Under the pieces are notes generated by a model, which was not told the DNA's origin, did no database searches, and was given only the letters and a program-made list of their open reading frames with translations. Positions 49,051-60,761 of a stretch of DNA of 64,000 nucleotides are shown in pieces. The DNA is from Octopus sinensis (Eukaryota), in contig NC_043005.1 of assembly GCF_006345805.1 (NCBI RefSeq), positions 92,504,001 to 92,568,000 on the forward strand, read 5' to 3'. The first letter of the stretch is position 1. Each line of letters starts with the position of its first letter. The position numbers were made by a program, and so were the translations under genes.

Positions 49051-51307
49051 TCAAATATGAATTAGAAGTAGTGCTAGTGTTGTAAACATTATTAAACACA
49101 CATACTCAACATACAAGCTATGCTTCTTAGCTGGTAGGCTGTGATTTAGCATGGTGAGGATGACTCCCTCAAAGCACCAGGTGTTAAAACATTCAATGTT
49201 TTGAGGGAGTCATCCCCACCAAACTAAATCACACCCTACCAGCAAACAATCACAGCATGTACAGGTGAGGTGTTTGGGACAAGTTGTCTCACCTGTCTAT
49301 GACTTTCAGATGTTTTAACAGTCAGCACTTTGAGGGAGTCATCTCCACCACACTAAATCGCAGCCTACTGGCATACAAGCATAGCATGTACATTGAGTAT
49401 GTGTGTTCAATAATGTGTGTGTGTGTGCACATGTATTCCTTGCCTTGCCTTGTGTTGCCTTGGGCCCTTAAATCCATGATGGAGTCCTAAGGGCATCTCC
49501 AGGTTTGGACACAGCCAATTTCTTCCAGAAACTGAGACATACAAGCAAACTGAAATAAAAACATGTGAGAAAGGAAAGATTCTACCCCTGATACTTTATT
49601 TTTTTAACTCCTAAAAGAATGGATAGCAATGTTTACCTATGTTGGATTTGAGACCAGGGGCCCCTATGCATCAACACATGTGTACAGGCCTAGGCAAGAG
49701 TTTTTGGGGAAGACTGGCAGTTGTTCATGCATGCAAATCTCTCCACTCCACAACATTGATGTTTATTCAAAGGAAAGGACATGGGCAATGTAGCTGGCAA
49801 CTGTTAGAACAGATCAGCTCTGGAGGAACAGGTTTGTAATGAAAAGTGTTTTTGGTTTGACTGTCCAGTCTTTTCTTTTGGGAGGAGGAGCAGCAGCACA
49901 GTGTATCTAGGACTACATTATCCAGTGAACCCTTTCTTTAATAAGACAGTTGCTTGTTACTTGAAGAGGTATATGGCTTCTAAGTTTAGACGATTGAATG
50001 ATTTACATAAAAGCTTCATTGTCTAGAAGCAAATTTGAGACTAGAAACAAATTTGTTTGGATTCTATATAGATATGCCAAAAACAACAATAACAAAACAA
50101 AAAAAAATTACCAAAAGAACTTGATGTTCTTGCATTAATCAATTAATGCACTCATGTTCTCCTCTCTTCTTAATCTCCCACTTTCTCTCTCTCTCTCTCT
50201 TTTTGCTCTTCTCACTTATTCTCCTTTCTCTATTTCATGTTCTAAAGTTGATGAATCTACCAGAATTTGAAGCCAGTAAACGAATCTCAATCTACCTGAG
50301 TACTTCTGATGAGGTGCGGACAGAATCAATTATGAAGAAAATACTGGCTTCCAATAAGACTTGTTTCATTCCACATTATAGTGGCACAAGCATGAAAATG
50401 GTAGCACTAAAGTCTCTAGAAGATTATGAAAATCTTCCATTGACTAATTGGAATATAAAGCAACCTAGTGATGATGATGTTCGCACTGATGCTCTAGAAA
50501 CTGGTAAGAATGCCATTTAGATTATTATTATCATTTTATGGAAAATGTAATTTATGTAATCGATCCATCTATCTTCTTAGCCCACTATTTGTGCAAGGGC
50601 CTTGTGGATAGAGCCCTCAGGCACCTCCTCCACAGGATCCTATCAGAAACAGCCATCATTAGACTTTCCTGCTGGATTTCTAAGAGTGACCAGCTATGGA
50701 TATTATATAACCATCTTGCTTTTGGTCTACCCCTAAATCTCCTGTCACTTGGATTGGCTTGAAGAATCCATATTGCAATTCTTTCCTGTGACATTCTAAT
50801 AATCTATATATAAGTGTGTATATGAAATAAGATATATATATGTATGTGGCATGATATGATGTGTATAGCCATAAATTTTCTGTATTTATTAATCCATTTG
50901 CTACCATATGTCCATCAAAATGCCTATGCTTCAAATAATTTTGAAAATACGAGGAATTTTGTCGGAAATTTAAAAAAGTTTAGATGACATTAAAACAGGA
51001 TACTTTGTATCATAGAACTAGAGGTGGTCTCTAATGAATATTTTCTTCTTTTCCAGGTGGCTTAGACCTAATTGTGATGCCTGGGCTTGCATTCTCCTTG
51101 GCTGGAGCTCGTCTTGGGCGAGGCAAAGGCTACTATGATGCCTACCTGAAAAAATGCTATGAATATGGTAACAAACCTATTACAATTGCTTTGTGTTTCC
51201 ATCAAATGTTATTTGATAACATCCCTGTTATACCAGGTTCCGATATGTTTGTCAACAAGGTTATTTACCCAGATGAAGCAGATCTCATGGAGAGCAGAAC
51301 TAGATGA
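37831..51307 (+). CDS. MTHFS: 5-formyltetrahydrofolate cyclo-ligase, join(37831..37941,50248..50503,51057..51307)
   Basis: [14 protein letters not shown]...[11 protein letters not shown] / [24 protein letters not shown]...L...KTCFIPHY....MKMV.L.S...[10 protein letters not shown]...R.DALETG / [28 protein letters not shown], the family ATP-binding signature; phases 0 and 1 consistent. Confidence 0.95.
39419..39496. repeat. (TA)n microsatellite
   Basis: Directly visible; similar tracts at 40017-40064, 51350-51675, 61590-61790, 63880-64000. Confidence 0.9.
41245..41630 (+). mobile_element. tRNA-derived SINE, near full length, in MTHFS intron 1
   Basis: Same head, body and tail as 12100-12495. 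Confidence 0.8.
44139..44219. repeat. (CT)n microsatellite
   Basis: Directly visible; a (GA)n tract is also at 3596-3639. Confidence 0.95.
46430..47700 (+). mobile_element. RTE-clade LINE 3' fragment (RT plus C-terminal region)
   Basis: ORFs 46453..46752 ([12 protein letters not shown]...[13 protein letters not shown]...VGVHQGSVL), ELHYADNLV, 46865..47242 with a Cys-rich insert ([15 protein letters not shown]), and 47380..47712. Confidence 0.85.
49130..49372. repeat. Foldback: one left arm, two right arms
   Basis: 49130-49192 is reverse-complementary to both 49200-49243 and 49310-49372. Confidence 0.8.
50248..50503 (+). CDS. MTHFS: MTHFS exon 2
   Basis: Long pyrimidine tract, acceptor ctaaag at 50247, donor GTAAG at 50504. 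Confidence 0.9.
50560..50790 (-). mobile_element. RTE-like LINE 3' end relic in MTHFS intron 2
   Basis: Minus frame [11 protein letters not shown] and [18 protein letters not shown] resemble an RTE C-terminus. Confidence 0.5.
51057..51307 (+). CDS. MTHFS: MTHFS exon 3 (terminal)
   Basis: Acceptor ttccag at 51056; [10 protein letters not shown]...[10 protein letters not shown]...ESRTR, TGA at 51305-51307. Confidence 0.93.
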
Positions 51308-51374
51308 AAGCTTTGGCCCTTGTCCATTCCACCTAGGTTTCACCTGTGATTGATATGTGTGTATGTATGTGTGC

Positions 51375-51440
<66 letters not shown>

Positions 51441-51506
51441 ATACATACACATACATATACTCACACATGTATGCATGTATTTTGTGTGTATATATTTGTG
51501 CGTGTA

Positions 51507-51561
<55 letters not shown>

Positions 51562-52035
51562 CATATATATATTGACTACATATATATGTGTGTGTGTGTG
51601 TATGTAATATATATACATGTGTGTATGTTTACTACATATATATATATACATATATGTATATGTATATATATATATAAAGGAAAGAATAAATGGAGTCTAA
51701 AGGAAGAGGGACAGCTGTTTAGTGACCACTACACATGCTTTGATACAACATAGATCTACATATTATACAGGATTTAAATTAAGTAACAGTTTACCTGTAT
51801 AGTAAGACCTAGTTGTATCTCTTCAGGTGATATACAATTGCTGTCTCTGTAAGTAAATGTTTGATTTCGATGCTATTACATCCAAGTAGCTCTTTTTTTA
51901 TTTTTCACACACGAGGAATGCCTAAGCCTAGAATTGGTAGTATACCATAATACTGCTGGCTATCTGGTAATTCTAAGGGTGAACGAGCTCTATTTTGTAC
52001 CCTAATGCATTCTTAATGGAATACACCTCAACTAC

Positions 52036-52070
<35 letters not shown>

Positions 52071-52178
52071 GGTATACATATATATGTATATGTGTGTAAA
52101 TGTGCTTGTATGTAAATGAGTATCCATATATCTGATTACATGTATGTGCATGTCTATATATGTGTTTGTGCACATATG

Positions 52179-52219
<41 letters not shown>

Positions 52220-52256
52220 GTATGTATATGTATAGATATGTATGTATGTATGTATG

Positions 52257-52288
<32 letters not shown>

Positions 52289-52675
52289 TATAATATATAT
52301 ATATTATATATATATATATAAGTATATATGTGTGTGTTTGTATATATATGTGTGTGTGTGTGTATATGTATATATATATATATATATAGTTTTTGTATTT
52401 GGTTTGCAAGATTCTTTATGTGAATTTATGTGTTGAAGTATATTTTGTTGTATCTGAGGAGAATCGTTCTGTATGCACATGCACACTGACACACACAGAT
52501 GTGCACAAACAAACAAAAAGAACGCAGCTCTGATAACTGACAGAGTCAAGGACTATTGGAGAGGTTGCAAGAAGCAACAAAAATTTTAGAAAAAATAAAT
52601 AAGTAAATGAGTGGAAATCAAACTGGTGAGTGTGTTAATTAATAAGGCACTTAAAAACAGAATGACTCCCAAGAC

Positions 52676-52718
<43 letters not shown>

Positions 52719-52805
52719 TATTAGAGACAAAACCACTATTTTGCAAAACAAACAAGGAAAGACTTAATCAATACATAAAATTTTAATAAATAGTCAAAAA
52801 AACCG

Positions 52806-52848
52806 CCACTACAATCGTTTCTTGTCTTGATCGACAATCTTCAGGTGG
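52806..52848 (-). ncRNA. Minimal type I hammerhead ribozyme motif
   Basis: Minus strand CCAC-CTGAAGA-TTGTC(gatcaa)GACAA-GAAA-CGATTG-TA-GTGG: stem I 4 bp, intact CUGANGA and GAAA, 5-bp stem II, near-palindromic stem III, GUA cleavage triplet. Confidence 0.75.
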
Positions 52849-53541
52849 ACTATGCATATGTATGTGTGCATCAGTATGTACTTGTATAGGATATATGCAG
52901 GCATACATACATACCTACATGTGTGTGTATACATACATATACATATGTATATATATATAAAGGAAAGAATAAATGGAGTCTAAAGGAAGAGGGACAGCTG
53001 TTTAGTGACCACTACACATGCTTTGATACAACATAGATCTACATATTATACAGGATTTAAATTAAGTAACAGTTTACCTGTATAGTAAGACCTAGTTGTA
53101 TCTCTTCAGGTGATATACAATTGCTGTCTCTGTAAGTAAATGTTTGATTTCGATGCTATTACATCCAAGTAGCTCTTTTTTTATTTTTCACACACGAGGA
53201 ATGCCTAAGCCTAGAATTGGTAGTATACCATAATACTGCTGGCTATCTGGTAATTCTAAGGGTGAACGAGCTCTATTTTGTACCCTAATGCATTCTTAAT
53301 GGAATACACCTCAACTACGTATATATATATATATAATATATATATATATATATGTAGGTATACATATATATGTATATGTGTGTAAATGTGCTTGTATGTA
53401 AATGAGTATCCATATATCTGATTACATGTATGTGCATGTCTATATATGTGTTTGTGCACATATGTATGTATATATATATAATATATATATATATATATGT
53501 ATATGTATGTATATGTATAGATATGTATGTATGTATGTATG

Positions 53542-53595
<54 letters not shown>

Positions 53596-53975
53596 ATATT
53601 ATATATATATATAAGTATATATGTGTGTGTTTGTATATATATGTGTGTGTGTGTGTATATGTATATATATATAATATATATATATATAGTTTTTGTATTT
53701 GGTTTGCAAGATTCTTTATGTGAATTTATGTGTTGAAGTATATTTTGTTGTATCTGAGGAGAATCGTTCTGTATGCACATGCACACTGACACACACAGAT
53801 GTGCACAAACAAACAAAAAGAACGCAGCTCTGATAACTGACAGAGTCAAGGACTATTGGAGAGGTTGCAAGAAGCAACAAAAATTTTAGAAAAAATAAAT
53901 AAGTAAATGAGTGGAAATCAAACTGGTGAGTGTGTTAATTAATAAGGCACTTAAAAACAGAATGACTCCCAAGAC

Positions 53976-54018
<43 letters not shown>

Positions 54019-54105
54019 TATTAGAGACAAAACCACTATTTTGCAAAACAAACAAGGAAAGACTTAATCAATACATAAAATTTTAATAAATAGTCAAAAA
54101 AACCG

Positions 54106-54148
54106 CCACTACAATCGTTTCTTGTCTTGATCGACAATCTTCAGGTGG
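54106..54148 (-). ncRNA. Minimal type I hammerhead ribozyme motif (identical second copy)
   Basis: Same sequence as 52806-52848, offset 1300 bp. Confidence 0.75.
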
Positions 54149-54404
54149 ACTATGCATATGTATGTGTGCATCAGTATGTACTTGTATAGGATATATGCAG
54201 GCATACATACATACCTACATGTGTGTGTATACATACATATACATATGTATATATATATAACTAAAAATAAGGGTGTCTGAGAGACACCACCATGCCGAAA
54301 TAGCAGTCAAATCCCTGACTCTAAAAACCACCTTAAATGTTCATATCGCACCATGAGATAAGACAGATGGACAAAATAGACTAGCAAAAAGATATTACTG
54401 AATA

Positions 54405-54463
54405 ATTCAAGATCCTGGATTTCTAGCTTTGCTTTAAATAAGCTTTGCCGTCATCAGTTGAAT
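54405..54463 (-). ncRNA. Type I hammerhead ribozyme motif with intact core
   Basis: Minus strand ATTCAA-CTGATGA-CGGCAAAGCTTATTTAAAGCAAAGCTA-GAAA-TCCAGGA-TC-TTGAAT: 6-bp stem I, palindromic stem III, AUC triplet; base of stem II is imperfect (C.A). Confidence 0.65.
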
Positions 54464-54818
54464 ATATCAGAGCACATAAATACAAATATATATATGCAGA
54501 ACAAACGTTATACTTACATATACGAACGTCCATACATACATATATATGCACGTATGTACACGATATGGTCAAAATAAACACCGCAGTGAATATAGTGACG
54601 AATTATATAAATTTATAAATAAAGATAATATCGATATTTAAATATCGATATTATCAAGTGGCCAGCATGGGAAAAAATACCATACAAAGGTAATAATTTT
54701 TTATAACTAAAAATAAGGGTGTACATACGTGCATATATATGTATGTATGGACGTTCATATATGTAAGTATAACGTTTGTTCTGTATATATATATATTTGT
54801 ATTTATGTGCTCTGATAT

Positions 54819-54877
54819 ATTCAACTTATGACGGCAAAGCTTATTTAAAGCAAAGCTAGAAATCCAGGATCTTGAAT
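54819..54877 (+). ncRNA. Hammerhead motif with core substitution CTTATGA (probably inactive)
   Basis: Inverted copy of 54405-54463 with G5 changed to T. Confidence 0.55.
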
Positions 54878-57800
54878 TATTCAGTAATATCTTTTTGCTA
54901 GTCTATTTTGTCCATCTGTCTTATCTCATGGTGCGATATGAACATTTAAGGTGGTTTTTAGAGTCAGGGATTTGACTGCTATTTCGGCATGATGGTGTCT
55001 CTCAGACACCCTTATTTTTAGTTGTAAAAAATTATTACCTTTGTATGGTATTTTTTCCCATGCTGGCCACTTGATAATATCGATATTTAAATATCGATAT
55101 TATCCTTATTTATAAATATATATATGTATATATAACTGTATGTGTATATAACTGAACCATACTAGTAATAGAATAGTATATATGGAATTTTTGTTGTTTT
55201 TATCTTTTTGAATTTATTCTAGGTTTTGTTTAATTTTCCTTTTTAAATTTATTTGTTTTAATTTTTCACAATGAAAAAGAAAATCAAAACAACCAGCAGT
55301 TTAGCAGAACATTTTTTTTAATGGAGAATAATTTGGATAAATAAATTGTTTTTTTTTACTGCATGTATGATCAATTCATTGTTTAAAATATTGTATGTTT
55401 AATTATGTATATTGCATTAGTCTGTGTTTATGTAAGCATGCATCACTCCTGCTAATGGTTCTTTAACCCTGTGTAATGTGAGGATGTTAAAATGATGTGT
55501 TGTATCAAACCATTCTCGATGTCTCACAAAGTGATGTAATCAGCTGCATCAAGTGTAACTTTTGTTCTTTGTTTTTTTTTTCTTGCCATCATCATCAGGT
55601 GGGTCTGTGGTTTTAGCCTGATGGAGCAGAGCTATGATCAAAAGCTTACCTGCCATGCCCACCCTTTCTCTTTTTCTTCAGGTATTGTATATCTAATGAT
55701 ACGTTATAGGTGCAGATATAACTGTTGGCTTCTCAACCATGTGTGGGTTAGTTTCACTGTGCTACTAATTGGGCTAGTGTCTTTTACTATAACCCCAGGC
55801 TAACCAATGCTTTTTGAGTGGAGTTTTAAAGACAAATCTGTAAGCGGCTGAGATTTGCTGTTGAGCTTTCGTTTTAGTTCTCAAAAAATCTGCACCTGTT
55901 GAGGGATAACTCTGTCACTGAACAGGATGCTTGTCCCTTGTAGAATTTGTCATCTGTAGAAATTAAAGTCACCACATGGTACAGTGGTTAGGGTGTAGGG
56001 TTCACAGTTGTTAGGTTGTGGGGTCAATTCTTGAACCTGGCTGTGCATTGTGTTGTTGAGCAACACACTTCATTTCATGTTATGTCAAAATACTTAGCAG
56101 AAAATTAGTATCTGCAGGTTAAATCTGCTACAGAATGGTGTTCTGTTCAGAGGGCACAGGGGAGTAGTCTTGTATGTTATACCTAAATACCTTCTAAATC
56201 TGGACATGCTCCAGTGTCATGTACCTGTAGGTATGAGGGATGCAGACTATATGCAAAAGTAGATGACAAGGGACCACAACAAGTTGCAAGCTACTTTTCT
56301 TTAGAAATTCTGTGTAACATATGCAAGCATGGGAAAACAGACATAAAATGAGGCTGCTGTTGCTGATGAGAATGATGGCAACTGCATGGCACCTGGGGCA
56401 AGTGTCTTCTACTATATATATATACCCTCGGGCCTGCTAAAGCTTTGTGAGTGGATTTGGTAGAAAGAAACTTAAAGAAGTCTGTCGTATATATGTATAT
56501 GTTTGTGTGTCTGTGTTTGTCCCCCTGCCATCACTTGACAACCAATGTTGGTATGTTTACGTCCCTGTAAATTAGTGGTTTGGCAAAACAGACTGATAGA
56601 ATAACTACTAGGCTTATAAAGAATAAGTCCTGGGGTTGATTAGTTCGACTAAAGGTGGTGCTCCAGCATGGCCATAGTCAAATGACTGAAACAAGCAAAA
56701 GACTTTACATACGTACATATGTATATATTGTAGAGTACTGTTGTAATTCCAACATTGAGAAAACTACAAATTCTAAGGGGAAACAGAGGAGTTGTCATAG
56801 GACTCTGGCTGGGAATATTCAAGTTGGCAGATGTTGTAGAGTCAGGTGAAAGTTGGTAAGTGGGAGATGTGGACAGAGTGACGCAATACAAATATATATT
56901 CTTCCTTCTTTTCTCTTTCTCTCTCAAAAATACACACACACACACACTTTCTTAATGTTCCTCTTTTACTACACATTGAAAGTTTTTGATATGTTTATCA
57001 CTATATAGTGAAGCTACAAAATTAATTCAAAACAATGTGAATAATTATAACAATATTGGTTTCAGCACATAATTTCAAATCAAAATTCTTGCAAAACAAA
57101 TTATAAAAAAGGATGATGTTTATTTTTGGAATATCTTTTTTAAAAAAAATTTTCTTTGATTTCTTATGTATTTCATTGATTTAGTAATTTTTCATTGCAA
57201 AAGTTTTATTTTAATTTTCATCTTTATTTTTAGTTCACTTTTTCTCCATATTTTTTCTTCGATGCTGAGTTTTTGTAAAAGAAATTCATATAATTCCAGC
57301 CTTTAGAACACTAAAATTAGAATACTGTAATAAATATCTGTCACTCAAACAGTGAACTAATTTCTTTAGTTAATTTGCATGCTTAGAGACTGATGTTTCT
57401 TCGCAGGCAAGAGAGGACAACTATAGGCATGTCATGGTTTATTAAATCTCATCAGTGTAACAAAGCCTAACTAAGCCTGCAGATCAAATAACTAAGAGAC
57501 TATGAGCGATGGCTAAAAGAATATTGAGCTTTATTTGATAACCAGTTGATCTAGCAAGCGGGTACTCATATCAGTGAGGGGGGGCTGGTGTGCATTGATG
57601 CTGTCGAGAGGTAGGCCCCGAAACGGCGTGCATTCTTTCCTGATGACCCCATACAATTGCTGGCTTCCAGTATGCGGAGTTTTTGACTGTTAGCACTTGC
57701 ATGTGCAAGTTGTTTGGAAGACATCTAAATTGAAAAGATAAGAAGATACAACAAAGACGGCTTTCAATCTAAAGGGATCTTAACAGACAAAGGCATAGCT

Positions 57801-58532
57801 TCAACAGTGTCCTTTTTATCCCAACCTATATACAAGCTATATAAGCTGATCTTCATTAGATAGCTGCCTTCATAGCATGAAATTACATGTCATATATTGA
57901 CTTGAGTCTGAATCCCTTATCTATTGAACAAGACTCTCTGCTACTCATCTACTTTTGCTCTGCTGTAGACATGAGATCATGTGATCTAAGAACTGTAGAA
58001 TAAGTGTTTTTTCAGATTGTTGACACCTTTCACTTGTAATGTATTCTTCATGCTTATTCAAGTTTGAGAGGGAGAAAAACAAAAACAAAATCAAAAAGGA
58101 AAAATCCCAACATCCTTTGATTTCACTCTTTGAGTTATCGTCTAATTATAGTTGAAAGAAGACCTGATGGTAAATAAACTGATGTTGGTGCCAAGAATAT
58201 GGTACAGGTAAATCTAAAAACCCAATCTTTAGTGACATGACAGTGATAATAATAAATAATGGTATATGTAGATATGTAGAAATAAATTTGTGTAAACAAA
58301 ATTGACACCAAATGGAGAATGTAACTACAACACAGAGTCTATACATGATGGAAGAATTTTGGTGTGTTTCTGGACAAGGAACTTTGAGCTGTTTTCTTAG
58401 ATACTTTACTTGGTTTTATCTGTTGGTAATTGTGAATCAGAGCAATGTTACCTGTGATAGACAAGCTTGACATTCCTTTCATCATGCATTGCTTCATATT
58501 AAAAGCTTGTATTGTATCTTCCACCTTTGTTG

Positions 58533-58566
<34 letters not shown>

Positions 58567-59237
58567 AATGTATACCCAAGAAAAATCCATAAATGTAGAC
58601 TCTTATATTTGTAAAACATATCATCAAGTCCAGAAAATGATGAAATTCTCGATGCATTTTTTTAATATATCTTTTAAGCTGCCATTACAAGAAAACATTC
58701 AAATAATGGAATTTTGGAAATTTGATTCTGTTTAAAGTAAAATGTATAAAAGACACATTAAAAATTTTGTATTTTGCAAAATAAAAATAAATACTAAAAA
58801 AAAGAAATGCTTTTAAATTGATGTTGTAGTTATTTATTTCCCTTTATCTGTTGCTCTCTATTTTACTTTATCCGTGTGATTAAGAAGTTTACTTTCAGGT
58901 TTGTTCTCATGGCATGGCTCTGTGGATAGGCATCTTCTACATGTTCTGATCCATGGCTCGCTTCCTGTGCTTGTGATGCTTCACCAACCAAGAGACAGTG
59001 GAAGCTTCAGTGAAGGAATTCTTCATCTTGAAGGACAAGAACTGGCATCAGCATGGGATCAAAGAACTAGCAGACAGTGCAACATGGTGGCTTCTACTTT
59101 GAATGCTAGGTTGTTTTTGTTGTAACTTGATGAATAAAGCAAATTAGTTACAAAAATATTGCAAAACTTTTGACTCAACACAATACGTGTTTGTGTGTAT
59201 GCATGTATATATTGCATATATGCATACATTATATATA

Positions 59238-60116
59238 TTCGGTCATCCTATAAATAATGCAGTTTTTCAGTTGTATGAACTAAAAGTCGAATGGGGGATG
59301 GGATAAACTACCTGCATCAACTTGCTATAAAAGCAGGTAGTAATTTTACCTTCTACTTATTCTTTAGCACATGTTTTGAAAAATGCAGTTCGATTTTAAC
59401 AGTTATTTTTTCAAAGCTATAATGGAAGTGACAAAAGCATATTTTTAAGGCAACAACGCAACGGAAAGTGCAAGAAATATTAATGCAGTATTTGGGGATT
59501 GGACAATAAGCTGTATCAATGGTGGTTCTAGAAATTCTGAGCTGGAAACTACAGCCAAGAAGATGAGCCCTGGTGGGACAAAATCCCATCGTAACTGAGA
59601 AGCTTGGATTTGGTCATTCAACCATTCATCGATACCTGCAGCAAATTGGGTCAATGGGTTCTTTTGAACTTTTAAGCCCAAACCAAACAATAACGAAGGA
59701 GATCTACCGTGAGTAGATTGAGTGGCCTAAGTCAGTGCTAAAAATGTGTTCTTTCATCAGGATAATGCTTGGTCACATACGGTAATGATGACATTTGAAA
59801 TGCTGAAGCAGTTTGAATGGGAAACAATGCCCCACCCACCATATTCAATGGGCATTGTCCCATCTGATTATCATTTATTCTGCAGCTTTTAGAATCATTT
59901 GGATGGAAAAAGTATGAATTCTGTTGGTCAGAACAGTATCTTTCATCATGGACAAGTGAATTTTGGAAGAGGGCCCTTGCAAGTCTACCAGATAGATGGA
60001 AGAGCATTGTAGAAAATGAAAGAGAGTATATTTCAGATTAAAAAAAAACTTTGCTTATCTTAATTTTGAAAAATAAAACAAGTATTAAAAAATGCATTAT
60101 TTATTGGATGACCTAA
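59238..60116 (+). mobile_element. Internally deleted mariner with both TIRs
   Basis: TA-flanked TIRs ttcggtcatcctataaataatgca / tgcattatttattggatgacctaa; remnants of HQDNA, WE.MPHPPYS...PSDY.LF. Confidence 0.85.
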
Positions 60117-60333
60117 TATTTATTCTTCTTAAACAAAAATATTGCCAGTGACTTTGAAGTTTTGGCCAGCTAAGCTATCGTAAGACTGCCCGGATGTAAA
60201 ATTGTTTTTTAATAACTAAACATAAAAACAGACATTAATATATATATATATATATATGCATACATACATATATATATTTCGGAGATGTACTTGCATAGTG
60301 AGTGACTTGATCTGAGATCGTGTGCTGGAACAA

Positions 60334-60476
60334 AAACAATTGCAGCGTGGAAGGTGTTTATAAGCCATTTAAGAAACACACAAAACCGTTAGATTAAATT
60401 TAAATGTTGAAGTGAATCTAACAGTTTTGTGTGTTTCTTAAATTGCTTATAAACACCTTCCACACTGCAATTGTTT
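60334..60476. repeat. 62-bp inverted repeat with 19-bp spacer (MITE-like hairpin)
   Basis: 60334-60395 versus 60415-60476, 3 mismatches. Confidence 0.85.
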
Positions 60477-60711
60477 GTTTATATATATATATAAATAAGA
60501 AAATGGAGAAACAAATTCAGTTTGTTCATCAACTTACAGATATTATAATGTTAGATTATTTATTCATTTTACAAATGAGAACATCAAAAGCATACAAAAT
60601 ATTATATAAATCAATAGATAATATAATAATACAAATACAGTTTTTAAAAGTCATATAAATTATTGAAATCCAGAAATTACTTCTTACAGCTGTTTCAGCC
60701 TATATATATGT

Positions 60712-60761
<50 letters not shown>

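Larger units (their letters stand above)
51676..54258 (+). repeat. Head-to-tail tandem duplication, units 51676-52958 (1283 bp) and 52959-54258 (1300 bp)
   Basis: Unique portions appear identical by eye; differences seen only within TA-rich microsatellites. Confidence 0.95.
54259..55117. repeat. Permuted inverted repeat A-spacer-B-rc(A)-rc(B), Penelope terminal-repeat-like
   Basis: A 54259-54561 versus 54719-55023; B 54611-54721 versus 55007-55117; each A carries a hammerhead motif. Confidence 0.9.

Noticed and set aside
50146-50247. Hydrophobic N-terminal part of ORF 50146..50520
   Set aside because: Polypyrimidine tract of MTHFS intron 1, not a signal peptide.
2260-51307. Functional gene cluster of TTC32, SMNDC1 and MTHFS
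   Set aside because: Co-orientation alone is no evidence; the functions are unrelated and synteny could not be tested here.
51340-53849. Many Tyr/Ile/His/Val-rich ORFs (also 39903-40287, 43912-44356, 61582-61827, 63206-63436)
   Set aside because: Translations of (TA)n, (CA)n and (CT)n microsatellites; no coding signature.
57585-57690. Hammerhead-like fragments (GAAACGGCGT; CTGATGACCCC)
   Set aside because: The core halves do not assemble into one motif: the first has TTGATGC and no stem II, the second has no GAAA. At most a decayed relic.
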